In this document: piece after piece, positions 19,732 through 29,232 of the stretch
Position numbering within the stretch: position 1 is the stretch's first letter
Layout of the letters: each line of letters begins with the position of its first letter
IMG/VR virus record: IMGVR_UViG_3300017700_000931
Location: 192,001-256,000 of that record
DNA length: 64,000 bases
Origin: a virus
Taxonomy: Duplodnaviria > Caudoviricetes
Direction: 5' to 3' (one strand)
Position numbers and translations under genes: made by a program
The notes under the pieces: model-generated
What the model saw: the letters and a program-made list of their open reading frames with translations, nothing else
What the model was told of the DNA's origin: nothing
Databases searched by the model: none

Positions 19732-19732
19732 C

Positions 19733-19765
19733 AAAAAAGGCTTGAATTAATTCAAGCCTTTTTTT
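19733..19765. terminator. Bidirectional intrinsic terminator
   Basis: AAAAAAGGCTTGAA-TTAA-TTCAAGCCTTTTTTT. Confidence 0.85.
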
Positions 19766-20688
19766 ATTCTATCAAATACACATCTGTGAAAATCATCATA
19801 ACCCAACTTACCACCTAACTTAATGATTGGGTTCTGTTTTATCGTTAATGATACATTGAGCGGTTTTTTCAAAATCATTGCTGCATAATACCTATGGTGC
19901 CCATCATCTATATAGAAATTATTTTTCTCGTAGACTACATCAATTGGCTCAGATAAATTGATTTTTTTTGCATATTCAAGTTTAGATAAACCACTTTTTT
20001 CTTGCTCAAATTTAACATTTTCTAAATCATCTTTCCATTTAATTTTCAATTGTTTCGGATTAATGGTTTTGATATCATCAACAGTAAAACCAAATGCAGC
20101 CCTATCTAACGTATCAATTGAAAAACCACCGGACCTTAAAAACTCCTCTGAAGTATTATACGGTTTAACTTCTGCAACCATGTCTTGACTTATAGGAATA
20201 TTATTGCACAAATCATTTATTTTATTTTTTGATTCACCAAATAAAGCTTTTCTTTTTGCCCATAATTTTTTTACTTCTGATGATTGGGTTTCTGCTGGTA
20301 TTATTTTAATATTAGCTATGTTCTCAGCAAAATCATACATGGCCATTGCAATACCTTTCCTTCTGTACTCCGGGTTAACAAATATTGCATCTGATTTACC
20401 TGCGATAGGTGTATATGTTTTACCATCTTCGTTTTGATGTAAAAATAAACTACCAATTGGTATCAACCCATTTGGTGTGGAATCATATACACGAAAGTAC
20501 ATGTGTGATGTTTTATCGTCTTGTGTAATGTAATAAACTTTATTATCAGACCCTTTAAATTCAGCAAATCTATCAATTGAAGCCATTGATTTTTGTCTAT
20601 TGAATCTATTCAATAATAATTCATCACTAATGCTATGAAATTTAACATTTTCATTCAATAAACTATTATATATGGTCAACAATTTCAT
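19747..20688 (-). CDS. GNAT acetyltransferase fused to ParB/Srx-like domain
   Basis: IFVNPEYRRKGIAMAMY (GNAT motif A); EPIDVV..FYIDDGHHRYYAA (ParB N-term); start MKLLTIY at 20688. Confidence 0.65.
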   Translation of the reverse strand: MKLLTIYNSLLNENVKFHSISDELLLNRFNRQKSMASIDRFAEFKGSDNKVYYITQDDKTSHMYFRVYDSTPNGLIPIGSLFLHQNEDGKTYTPIAGKSDAIFVNPEYRRKGIAMAMYDFAENIANIKIIPAETQSSEVKKLWAKRKALFGESKNKINDLCNNIPISQDMVAEVKPYNTSEEFLRSGGFSIDTLDRAAFGFTVDDIKTINPKQLKIKWKDDLENVKFEQEKSGLSKLEYAKKINLSEPIDVVYEKNNFYIDDGHHRYYAAMILKKPLNVSLTIKQNPIIKLGGKLGYDDFHRCVFDRIKKGLN

Positions 20689-20712
20689 ATTAATAAATAT
20701 CATTATAAAAAC

Positions 20713-20742
20713 AAAAAAGGCTAACCGAATGGTTAGCCTTTT
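20713..20742 (-). terminator. Terminator downstream of major capsid gene
   Basis: AAAAAAGGCTAACC-GAAT-GGTTAGCCTTTT. Confidence 0.85.
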
Positions 20743-20763
20743 AAGTTTATATTTTAGAAAAGA

Positions 20764-22563
20764 TTATCTCAATTCTGCAATGTTGAATGTTGGAATTCCA
20801 TCAACTCTAACATGTCCGTAGAACCTGTTATTTACCACTTTCTTAGCGTATCTAGTCATGATACCTTTTACTGGTGCGAAGTTGAATGGGTTATACATTG
20901 TAGGTGTAAGTTGCATTGGCACGTATGGTGCGTAGATGTAACCAGTGTCTAACAATGATTTTCCTTTATGTCCAATAATCATTGAGTTAGCTGGAGCATA
21001 AGGGTCACGATACACTTGGTATCTACCGCTTAATGAACCGATTCTCTCAATCCCCATGTTATATTGGTCTTGCTCTGGTGAAGCATCACTTACGTGGAAG
21101 TACTCAAGGTCATCCATAACAGCTGAGATTTCAGAAGAAACCACGATGAAGTTAGCACCACCTCTAAGAGTTGATTTATGGATTTGAGCAGAAACTTGGT
21201 TTACTTTAGTAATCAAAGTTTGGTTCCAATCCTTTTGAGTGTATGGGCTTGCAGCTGAAGAAGCTTTTCTCCATCCGTTATAATCCCATCTCAATTGCCA
21301 AGCAGCAGCTTTTCTCAAATCTCTCAAGATTTCTCTATCGATTTCAGCAGCAACTTGCTCAGAAAGCATAGCTGTTAATTCAGCCTCAGCATCAATGTTG
21401 TGGAATGCACTAACATCTTGCGCTAATTCTGGTGACCAAGTAGCTCTAAGTTTTCTTTCTTCAACAGAAACAACAACTTCATCAAGTCTAAATGAAACTT
21501 CACCAAGTTCTGTTTCAAGCTCAAGAGATGCATATTCTGCCCAAGATACGATAAAATCAGCACTTGTATAAGCAGTTAAGAATGCTGTAGAAGCAGTAGC
21601 ACCGATGTAACCATCGTATGTTTCAGTTCCGTTCAATCCAACTGGGTGAGACAAATCAGCTTCCAAATAAATGTTACCTAATGAGTCACAGATATCATCG
21701 TATTCTACGATACCTTTACCATATTTTTGTGTTACCAATCTGAAAGGTATTTCAGCGTTTGCAGCGATGATAGTATTACCATCTTGGTCAAGGAATGCAG
21801 TAGCACCGTTAACAATCTTAAGTGAAGCCAAGAATGATTCAGTGTCCATGTTATGACCATCCGGTCCTGTTAACCTACCTTTGTCTGTACCAGCTCCACC
21901 AGTGAAACCAGATACTCTCAACATAATGTTTCTCAATGAACCATCAGTTGCTAAAGCAGAGTTAGTTGCGTTTGTTTGGTCAGTAAATGTACCATTAGTT
22001 CCTAATGTTACGATTTTTACTGTACCAGCAACGATTGTGATTTCACCTTTAGATGCATCGAACAAACCGTCATTGTAGTAAATATCATAAAGGTTTTTAG
22101 CCTCAAATACTGTCAAGTTACATCCAACACCTTGTACACAATCTGGCAATTGGTCAGCCATTGATGTGTGTGCAGAATATTGAGCACTTACATGTGGGTT
22201 ACCAGCAGTTCCAGAAGCGTTAACTCTAGATGATGTTTGTGGTACGAAGAAGAACAATTTACCAATTGGCATGTTCATAGCTTGTACTGATACGATATCG
22301 TTCGCCAATAATTTAGAGAATACTCTCCTTACGATTGGGAATACTACAGTTTCGAATGACCCTGAAGAGTCAGCTGTAGTTGATTCGTTTAATAAATGAG
22401 AAGCCTCATTCTCATATAACTGAGCGATGTTCTCTTTTACGTGGCCTTTAAGACCTTCTAGAAATCCTAAACCTTCCCATTTTGCTTGGGTTTGTCTACG
22501 AACTTCTTTCATGTGGTTAAGTCCGATATTTCCGACTACCCCAGAGGTTAATAAATGTGACAT
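20764..22563 (-). CDS. Major capsid protein (T4 gp23-like)
   Basis: LNE-ST maturation site, VRRVF..LLANDIVSVQAM, RKLRATWSPELAQD..H.IDAEAELT, GYIYAPYVP, NFAPVKGIMTRY. Confidence 0.95.
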   Translation of the reverse strand: MSHLLTSGVVGNIGLNHMKEVRRQTQAKWEGLGFLEGLKGHVKENIAQLYENEASHLLNESTTADSSGSFETVVFPIVRRVFSKLLANDIVSVQAMNMPIGKLFFFVPQTSSRVNASGTAGNPHVSAQYSAHTSMADQLPDCVQGVGCNLTVFEAKNLYDIYYNDGLFDASKGEITIVAGTVKIVTLGTNGTFTDQTNATNSALATDGSLRNIMLRVSGFTGGAGTDKGRLTGPDGHNMDTESFLASLKIVNGATAFLDQDGNTIIAANAEIPFRLVTQKYGKGIVEYDDICDSLGNIYLEADLSHPVGLNGTETYDGYIGATASTAFLTAYTSADFIVSWAEYASLELETELGEVSFRLDEVVVSVEERKLRATWSPELAQDVSAFHNIDAEAELTAMLSEQVAAEIDREILRDLRKAAAWQLRWDYNGWRKASSAASPYTQKDWNQTLITKVNQVSAQIHKSTLRGGANFIVVSSEISAVMDDLEYFHVSDASPEQDQYNMGIERIGSLSGRYQVYRDPYAPANSMIIGHKGKSLLDTGYIYAPYVPMQLTPTMYNPFNFAPVKGIMTRYAKKVVNNRFYGHVRVDGIPTFNIAELR

Positions 22564-22596
22564 AATTTTTCTTTTTTTTGTTTAATTATTTTTGAA

Positions 22597-24147
22597 TTAG
22601 TTTCTAGGTTTCTCAACTCTATTAATCAAATCCATTATTCTCTTTGTTGAAGAATCAACATAGGCAGTATTCTCGTTTAATTGTTTTGAATTACTACTTG
22701 TTGCTTCTTTAATTATTTTACTCTCAATTGATTCAGCGATTGGTTTTTTAGAAGCCAATTCATTCACAATTGTTTTATATAACCTTTTAGATTCTTTGAT
22801 TGTTGTTACTTCTTCATCAAATCTTGCTATGATTGCTTCCTTCTCTTCTCTAGTAGTAGAGTGTTCAGTGAACAATCTTGTAACATTGGTTAAATTAGTA
22901 TTAAAAACTACTGTTTCTCCTAGCATTGTTCTAAATTTCTTAAGAGCACTTCTGAATTCATCATTTTGCTTTTTAAGTTCTCTAGCCTCAGCTAAAAGTC
23001 TATTATATTTTGCAACAGATTCAGCGGTAACATTACCGTCTTTAACATTGTTAGCTTTAGCACCAGCACCTTCAATTGAAGTTTTCTTGTTAGTTACATT
23101 TCTGCCTTTACCAACTTGAATTTTTTCGTCAATTGCTTCCTCACCTTCAACAACATCTTCCTCAGAAAGTTCTGATTCCATTACGTGTTCACCGTGATTA
23201 TCTCCAGCCGGAGCTCCATCGTCATCAAATCCACCTTCTAGATTATCTCCAGATGTATCTTTGTCAACAGGAGCTTTTTGTCCTTCAATATTACCTGAGT
23301 TACCACCTTTTGAGTTTTTACCCATAGTAACATCACTTGTTGCTGTTCTAACTTTGTCTTCTGTTATTTCTTCATTTTCAGAAACTTCTTCTTCGTCAAG
23401 TGCTATTTCATAAACAACACCTTCTTCGATACCTTCTTCTGTGGCCTCGGTATCAGAAGTATCCATGTACTCATCTTCAGCACCCAAATCCATTTCGGAA
23501 TCATCTTCCATTTCACCACCTAAGTCGGAACCCAAACTGCTATCCATTTCTGAATCATCGTCTGAATCTAATCCTAAACCTAAATCTAATCCGGTTGCGC
23601 CTCCTAATGCAGCTTCTTTTTTCCCACCCATTTTAACGTGGTACTCACTTCCGCTCACTGGGTCTTTAATGTGTACTTCATTATCAGAAACTACTTCAAT
23701 TTCATCATCTCCTGACAATTTCTTGTAAACAGAAATTACGTCTTCGTCAGATGCACCAGTCATGTCCAATTCATAATCTTCTTCAGATTCTTCTTCTCCA
23801 CCGTAGTTAATTTCACTACCTTGCGTGTCGTCCATTCCAGCCTCGTCATAGTCATCAGATGCATCATCTAATCCTAAATCTTCACCAGCTTCTTCTCCAG
23901 CTTCATCATCACCAGTAACATCGTCACCAGTTTCAGAATCAGCAGCAGCTAAATCTAATGTGTCTTCAGAATCATCAACATCTTCTTCTTCATAGTCATC
24001 CTCATTCAAGGATTCTTTCACCAAACCATCAATTTCTTCTCTCGCAACGGAACGAAGTATTTCTTTAGTATTGGAATTTAAAGCTTCTTGGATTCTTTTA
24101 GCATCCAAAAGTGCTTCTTCAATTATTGACTTTTTCTTTTCGGCCAT
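22597..24147 (-). CDS. Prohead core scaffold protein (gp22-like)
   Basis: Very acidic, coiled-coil C-term, many LxE sites, located between protease and capsid genes. Confidence 0.75.
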   Translation of the reverse strand: MAEKKKSIIEEALLDAKRIQEALNSNTKEILRSVAREEIDGLVKESLNEDDYEEEDVDDSEDTLDLAAADSETGDDVTGDDEAGEEAGEDLGLDDASDDYDEAGMDDTQGSEINYGGEEESEEDYELDMTGASDEDVISVYKKLSGDDEIEVVSDNEVHIKDPVSGSEYHVKMGGKKEAALGGATGLDLGLGLDSDDDSEMDSSLGSDLGGEMEDDSEMDLGAEDEYMDTSDTEATEEGIEEGVVYEIALDEEEVSENEEITEDKVRTATSDVTMGKNSKGGNSGNIEGQKAPVDKDTSGDNLEGGFDDDGAPAGDNHGEHVMESELSEEDVVEGEEAIDEKIQVGKGRNVTNKKTSIEGAGAKANNVKDGNVTAESVAKYNRLLAEARELKKQNDEFRSALKKFRTMLGETVVFNTNLTNVTRLFTEHSTTREEKEAIIARFDEEVTTIKESKRLYKTIVNELASKKPIAESIESKIIKEATSSNSKQLNENTAYVDSSTKRIMDLINRVEKPRN

Positions 24148-24273
24148 TTTTTTTTCTCTTTTAATAGAAAATTATCTAGTTGGGTTTTATCCCATCTTGT
24201 TTATAAATATGTTTCAAAAATCAAAAAATTCAGTTTTCATTAAAAAAACTAACATAATGAAAACTTTTTTTTC

Positions 24274-24969
24274 TTAACCCAGTAAAAATTTATTTAATTT
24301 ATCAACCAATAATGGTTTATCTTTTTTAGCTGATTCCACGAATGGCCTAGCTTCTTGAGTGTTGTTGAACATATATGCTCCCGGAGTACTAGGACTAGTT
24401 ACGATGTCCCAACAAATTAATTCAAAATCATCTTGAACAATATGTTTTCCATCAATTTCTTGTAGTGAACCAACACCTCTTGATGATACACCAACTCTAA
24501 TTCCTCTTCTCAACATATTAGCAACTCTATCACCTTCACAAGATATAATACCTTGTGTGATGAATCCGGGTGACATTAGTATTTCTATTTCACCAACAAG
24601 TGTTTTCCCTTCCCACCAAATTTTAGTAATTTCATGTGATACTCTATCGTTAGAAATGATAGAAGATTCAGGGTGGTCCGATTCACCAATAGCAGACCTA
24701 TTATTAATTAATTCTTGATAAGCCTCAGCTTGTTTTCTCAATAAATTTTCTGGATAAATTCTACCGTTTCTATTAACTACACCATATTTTTGTAGGATAA
24801 CAAATAACTTAAGTGGTTCAACCATTATAACAGAACCCTTCTCTAATTTTTTAACCTCAGTAATGAATGGTTGATTGCGGATATCGTTTGGAGCTATATA
24901 TCCGGCATCACTTTCAATCATAAGACCGAATCCAGTCTTACCAGCTTTTAATAATTTTATATCAGACAT
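24274..24969 (-). CDS. Prohead protease (T4 gp21-like)
   Basis: NRNGRIYP, AIGESDHPES, GVSSRGVGS, WDIVTSPSTPGA. Confidence 0.93.
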   Translation of the reverse strand: MSDIKLLKAGKTGFGLMIESDAGYIAPNDIRNQPFITEVKKLEKGSVIMVEPLKLFVILQKYGVVNRNGRIYPENLLRKQAEAYQELINNRSAIGESDHPESSIISNDRVSHEITKIWWEGKTLVGEIEILMSPGFITQGIISCEGDRVANMLRRGIRVGVSSRGVGSLQEIDGKHIVQDDFELICWDIVTSPSTPGAYMFNNTQEARPFVESAKKDKPLLVDKLNKFLLG

Positions 24970-25005
24970 ATTTGATTGCTTTCACTATAAATATATGCCA
25001 TAAAT

Positions 25006-25039
25006 AAAAAAACCCTTAACTATCATAGTTAAGGGTTTT
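25006..25039 (-). terminator. Intrinsic terminator
   Basis: AAAACCCTTAACTAT-C-ATAGTTAAGGGTTTT hairpin flanked by an A-run. Confidence 0.8.
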
Positions 25040-25057
25040 CAATTAAATTATTTTGTA

Positions 25058-25534
25058 TTAATTTTTCTTCTTGTCGAAATCAAAATGCTCAAAGCTTTCT
25101 AAACAGCTAACAGCTTCATTGATTATTCCATTTAAGATTTCTGATATTTGCCCATCATTTATGGAACCATTGGATTCTTTATTAATTTTTTGAAATAATG
25201 TCATCTCACAATTCATGAAACTACGCTTACCAACCTTAATCCCTGACTCTCGCATATCTAAATCTACAATGGTCCTATCAGCATAAAAGGTATCTGAATG
25301 ATTTTTAAATAAATAATTATAGGTTGATTGTTTAACGCACTTATTTAATTTACTGATGATTCTACCATAATCTAAATCATCGGCAGTATTGGGCTCACCC
25401 CAAGCGGATATATTGATGTAAACAGCCTTTGCGTTCTTATTGTCAACAGTACCACAAACAATATTATAATTTTGATGTGTGGCGATTTTAATTTCTTTTC
25501 CTCTTTTGCTCATACCTGGTTTTTTATATACCAA
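25058..25534 (-). CDS. Hypothetical protein
   Basis: ORF with host-type promoter variant TTTG-N20-TATACTTG at 25563-25532. Confidence 0.65.
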   Translation of the reverse strand: MVYKKPGMSKRGKEIKIATHQNYNIVCGTVDNKNAKAVYINISAWGEPNTADDLDYGRIISKLNKCVKQSTYNYLFKNHSDTFYADRTIVDLDMRESGIKVGKRSFMNCEMTLFQKINKESNGSINDGQISEILNGIINEAVSCLESFEHFDFDKKKN

Positions 25535-25567
25535 GTATACTCATAAAATTTGGATTAGTCAAATCTA

Positions 25568-25963
25568 TTAACCCCTGAAGATATCATCCCAAAAAACAGC
25601 TAACGCCATCAATCCTTGGACGATTATCCAAATCATCATTGCTTGTGTTTTAAATGTCTTGAAACTCTCGTGTTCACTAATGTGTTGTGATAATTGTGAT
25701 ACTGACATTTGTTCCTCCATTTTACCCTTCCATTCCTTTAGCTCTTTAAGCTCTGATGTAGAGATTGTTTCTTGAATTTTTTCCTTCCATTCTTTGATAT
25801 TATCAACGGTATGTTCTATCGTCTTAATCTTAGTTAATTGAAGGGTTAATTCTTCTTGTTTTCTTGAGATATCATCAACCTTTTTGTTGAACTCATCTTG
25901 TTTTCTTGAAATCTCATCTAGTCGGTGTAATATCAATTCAATATTTACTTTATCCATATCCAT
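25568..25963 (-). CDS. Coiled-coil protein with single C-terminal TM helix (holin-like candidate)
   Basis: Heptad N-term, hydrophobic AMMIWIIVQGLMALAVFW. Confidence 0.4.
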   Translation of the reverse strand: MDMDKVNIELILHRLDEISRKQDEFNKKVDDISRKQEELTLQLTKIKTIEHTVDNIKEWKEKIQETISTSELKELKEWKGKMEEQMSVSQLSQHISEHESFKTFKTQAMMIWIIVQGLMALAVFWDDIFRG

Positions 25964-25980
25964 AATTTTATAACAATTTT

Positions 25981-26763
25981 TTATTCGCTTAAATCGCTTT
26001 TTAATTCAATTAACTTACTGATATCAGTAATAAAACTATCGTTGGTATATTCTAATCTGAGAATTCTGTCTTTAACTTGTAATAACTTTTCTTTCGCTTC
26101 AATATCTGATTCCATTAAGTTAGCATCTATTAAATCAATACATTCCCTCGATAGGTTTTTTAAAACGACCTTTTTACCATCTTCATCTGATTCTAGTATT
26201 GTTTTGAAAACACTTTTTTCACTTTCAGACATGTCTGAATATTTTTCGTTGAATTTATCTACAGCAATGTTAGATAATACACTATTAGGTAGTCCACCGG
26301 ACTTATTATCCTCGGTAACTTGTGTTGTATTTTCTTTGATATAAGAAACAATACCAATTAAAGATTCAACTACTGAATCAACTGTATTTGCATTTTTATT
26401 GGTGAAAATTAATGTTGTAATATCTTCATGTAACTGAGCAAATTTAACATCTGAAAATTCAGGAAGTTTTTGTTCAGAAAGAAGTGGTTTAGCTAGTAGT
26501 TTATTAGCCTCCAATATTTGTTCGGTAGTATACTTTCTTAGCACATCAATATTAGCTTTAACGAACTCAGTTGCCTTATGTTCATTAGTCTCTACTTTCT
26601 TTTCGATGTTATTATAAACTAAGAATTGTGCTCTAAGAATTTCGTTATTTTTGATAGTCTTAACATACTCCTTGAATAACTTTTTCTTATTAACATCCTT
26701 TGTAGCAATAGCTTCAACTAATAGTGTATTGAAAATATTTTTAATCTTACCAAAATTTTGCAT
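25981..26763 (-). CDS. Hypothetical head-module protein
   Basis: Late motif at 26780; adjacent to portal. Confidence 0.6.
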   Translation of the reverse strand: MQNFGKIKNIFNTLLVEAIATKDVNKKKLFKEYVKTIKNNEILRAQFLVYNNIEKKVETNEHKATEFVKANIDVLRKYTTEQILEANKLLAKPLLSEQKLPEFSDVKFAQLHEDITTLIFTNKNANTVDSVVESLIGIVSYIKENTTQVTEDNKSGGLPNSVLSNIAVDKFNEKYSDMSESEKSVFKTILESDEDGKKVVLKNLSRECIDLIDANLMESDIEAKEKLLQVKDRILRLEYTNDSFITDISKLIELKSDLSE

Positions 26764-26810
26764 AACCTTTGTATTTAATTATAAATATTACGGGTTACCC
26801 AAAACGAAGC

Positions 26811-28907
26811 TTAAGCATTCAATTTATCATCAATTTCATCAATCATAGAATTGATATCATCATTTATTTTCAAATTCTTGTTTATCATTTTGGTCTTCAT
26901 CTCAATGTTTTCCTTAACTGGGATGATTGATTCAGTTAATTTATTCAAATAATTACCAGTGTGTTTTTGTATTTTAACTTTACGTTCTGCTACTAATTTT
27001 TTTCGTTGTTCGGTTAAAAGATTTTGAGCTCGTTTAATTGACTCGGCAGCAGCTTTTGGTGTAGTATCACTACCACCTGCATCATCAGCGGCTCCACCAG
27101 CATCACCAAAATCCATATCAGCACCTCCGGCATCAGCCCCACCGAAATCAATATCTTCAGCCCCAGCAGCACCTTCTTCACCTAAGTCCTCATCAGTTTC
27201 ATCTCCGAAGTCCAAGTCTTCACCACCTAGGCCGCCTCCACCTCCGAAACCACCACCGGATGAACCAGCTCCACCTTCTTCACCGCCATCTTCAGCACCT
27301 CCACCACCTTCCATGGCAGCTTCCATATCACCATAAAGCTTATCGACTTTATCGAATAATCCAGTGTGTTTAATAACGTTAGAAGTATTTTCTAATTCAG
27401 CAGCAGCTGCTTTTTCCATACGTTGTTCAAGTAAATCTTGTTTAATTTCATCATCTGACCAACCTAAAATTTCTCTTTTGGCTTTTGTCATACTCATTAA
27501 TCCAAAACCATTACCAGCATCACTAACAGCATCTTTATACGCAGTTATCTTTTGTTGTAAGTGTTCTATCTTAAGCATCTCAGCTTGTGTAGATGGATTA
27601 TTAAGTGTTAGTGTAAAATTATCTAAGTCCTCATCGAAGCCTAACAAATATAAATGGATGATAGCAATTTTATTCATCTCCATAATCATGGCTTGTTGTA
27701 TTCTATTTACTGTTCTTGAAAATCTAATGTCTTGTAAAGCCAAATTTTTACCCTCACCAACAGCTTCCTCGAAACCTAAAAATGATTTTGGTACTCTTAA
27801 TGCTGTGAATAATTTCCTTTGCAAGTATTCAATATCGGCAATCTGGTCTAAGTTCTGTGCTCCGGGTAGTGTATCAATCGGATTTGGTGCATCCTCACTC
27901 CTAACTGGAATAAAAATATCTTGGTCCATACCAAGTTGATTCATTCTTAAATCTACTTGACCTGTTTGTCCATCAACTATTGGATTACGTTTAAATCTAT
28001 TCGCAATTTCATTTACATACGCTGGAACATCTTCGTTATCAATGTTACCAACAAATACCTTATAAACTCTTCTTTCTGGAGCCCTTGTAACCCTGTACAC
28101 TAACATGGCATCCTCAGATAACACTAATTGTTTCCAGATTCTTCTAGCCTTTTCTAATACTGAAGTTCCATATGGAAGTCTTCTATCATCCCCAAGTAAT
28201 CTAAAGTGTGCAATTTGCCAAGAATTAAATTCGATATCCTTAGTCTTCCAGTAAAATTTAATTCTATTATCGTGTTCGCTTGGATTTCCGTTTGCTGAAA
28301 CCATGCCCCTACGTGAGTGAGAACTAATAGAATTATAAAGGTCACCCTCTCTTCTTTCCATTTCAAAATTAGGTAATTGTTTGGCACCTAAAATACCAGC
28401 TTTGTCGTCAATGTTCAAATGGATAAAATTATCACCATATTTACAAACATTTCTAGTCCACATAGGTAATGATGTGTGGATATCCAATCTATTTTTAAAC
28501 AAATCTTCTAGGATAGCTTTAACCCTCTTAGAATCTGAATAAATATTAATTACTTGGCCCTTATCATTAGGGGTTGTAGCCTCTTCCATCATGATATCTA
28601 AAGCCGCTGAAATTTCTGGATAAAATTCCATAGCTTCAAAGTCAGCATAAGAACCAATACGAGTGGTTTCATAATGAATAGCTTTTTGAGTTAACTCATC
28701 ATCAACCCTAGACCACATACCACTAAGGTATTTGTTTTGTTGTGCTTGTAGCTTGGCTGCTTGGAATTCTTCTTTCGATTGTGTCCTAAGTAATTCTTGA
28801 TTACCTAACGAATAACGATTTGTTTGACTCCTAGGCACATTTACACCATCAGGGCCAAGGATATTATTTAACCTTTGAAATATTGTTAATTTTTTCTTAT
28901 TTGCCAT
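26811..28907 (-). CDS. Portal protein (T4 gp20-like)
   Basis: YPEISAALDI, CKYGDNF, IAHFRL, PYGTSVLEKARRIWKQL.L.EDAML.YR.TRAPERRVY, TLPGAQNL.QIADIEY. Confidence 0.95.
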   Translation of the reverse strand: MANKKKLTIFQRLNNILGPDGVNVPRSQTNRYSLGNQELLRTQSKEEFQAAKLQAQQNKYLSGMWSRVDDELTQKAIHYETTRIGSYADFEAMEFYPEISAALDIMMEEATTPNDKGQVINIYSDSKRVKAILEDLFKNRLDIHTSLPMWTRNVCKYGDNFIHLNIDDKAGILGAKQLPNFEMERREGDLYNSISSHSRRGMVSANGNPSEHDNRIKFYWKTKDIEFNSWQIAHFRLLGDDRRLPYGTSVLEKARRIWKQLVLSEDAMLVYRVTRAPERRVYKVFVGNIDNEDVPAYVNEIANRFKRNPIVDGQTGQVDLRMNQLGMDQDIFIPVRSEDAPNPIDTLPGAQNLDQIADIEYLQRKLFTALRVPKSFLGFEEAVGEGKNLALQDIRFSRTVNRIQQAMIMEMNKIAIIHLYLLGFDEDLDNFTLTLNNPSTQAEMLKIEHLQQKITAYKDAVSDAGNGFGLMSMTKAKREILGWSDDEIKQDLLEQRMEKAAAAELENTSNVIKHTGLFDKVDKLYGDMEAAMEGGGGAEDGGEEGGAGSSGGGFGGGGGLGGEDLDFGDETDEDLGEEGAAGAEDIDFGGADAGGADMDFGDAGGAADDAGGSDTTPKAAAESIKRAQNLLTEQRKKLVAERKVKIQKHTGNYLNKLTESIIPVKENIEMKTKMINKNLKINDDINSMIDEIDDKLNA

Positions 28908-28953
28908 TACTTAAATTTTTACTATAATAAGCCACTTTTTTTAAAATTAAAGC

Positions 28954-29232
28954 TTATCTTACATAATCACATGCGACATAGGCGAATCTATGTTGCACAC
29001 CGTCAGAGCTGGTTAATTCATAAACATAACTAACCACCCAATCCTCACCCTGTGTTCTAGGTAAAGCATCACAATAGAATTTAACGTTCTGTTGTTGCTT
29101 TTTTATTTTTTTATCATCGCATGGTGGAGACCATTTATACAATTGCTTGTCATATGGTTTTCTCACAAATACTCTACTACAATTCTTCTCTAGTCCCATG
29201 ATTTTAATTATTTCATTCCACTGAATAACCAC
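28954..29232 (-). CDS. Hypothetical protein between terminase and portal
   Basis: Cys-containing small ORF; start uncertain. Confidence 0.5.
   Translation of the reverse strand: MVIQWNEIIKIMGLEKNCSRVFVRKPYDKQLYKWSPPCDDKKIKKQQQNVKFYCDALPRTQGEDWVVSYVYELTSSDGVQHRFAYVACDYVR

Noticed and set aside
24202-24210. TATAAATA read as a T4-type late promoter on the plus strand
   Set aside because: Its orientation is consistently opposite to the downstream gene; the functional strand reads ATATTTAT
21671-24277. Plus-strand ORFs opposite the capsid and scaffold genes, and similar nested or antisense ORFs throughout the track
   Set aside because: Antisense or out-of-frame shadows of strongly supported genes, with low-complexity Ser/Phe/Leu-rich translations
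25840-25920. ISRKQ[DE]E duplication in the holin-like ORF
   Set aside because: Short coiled-coil heptad duplication; no further significance evident
27061-27320. Gly/Asp/Glu-rich quasi-repeats in the portal C-terminus (also in the scaffold)
   Set aside because: Explained by low-complexity acidic protein linkers; no exact DNA periodicity
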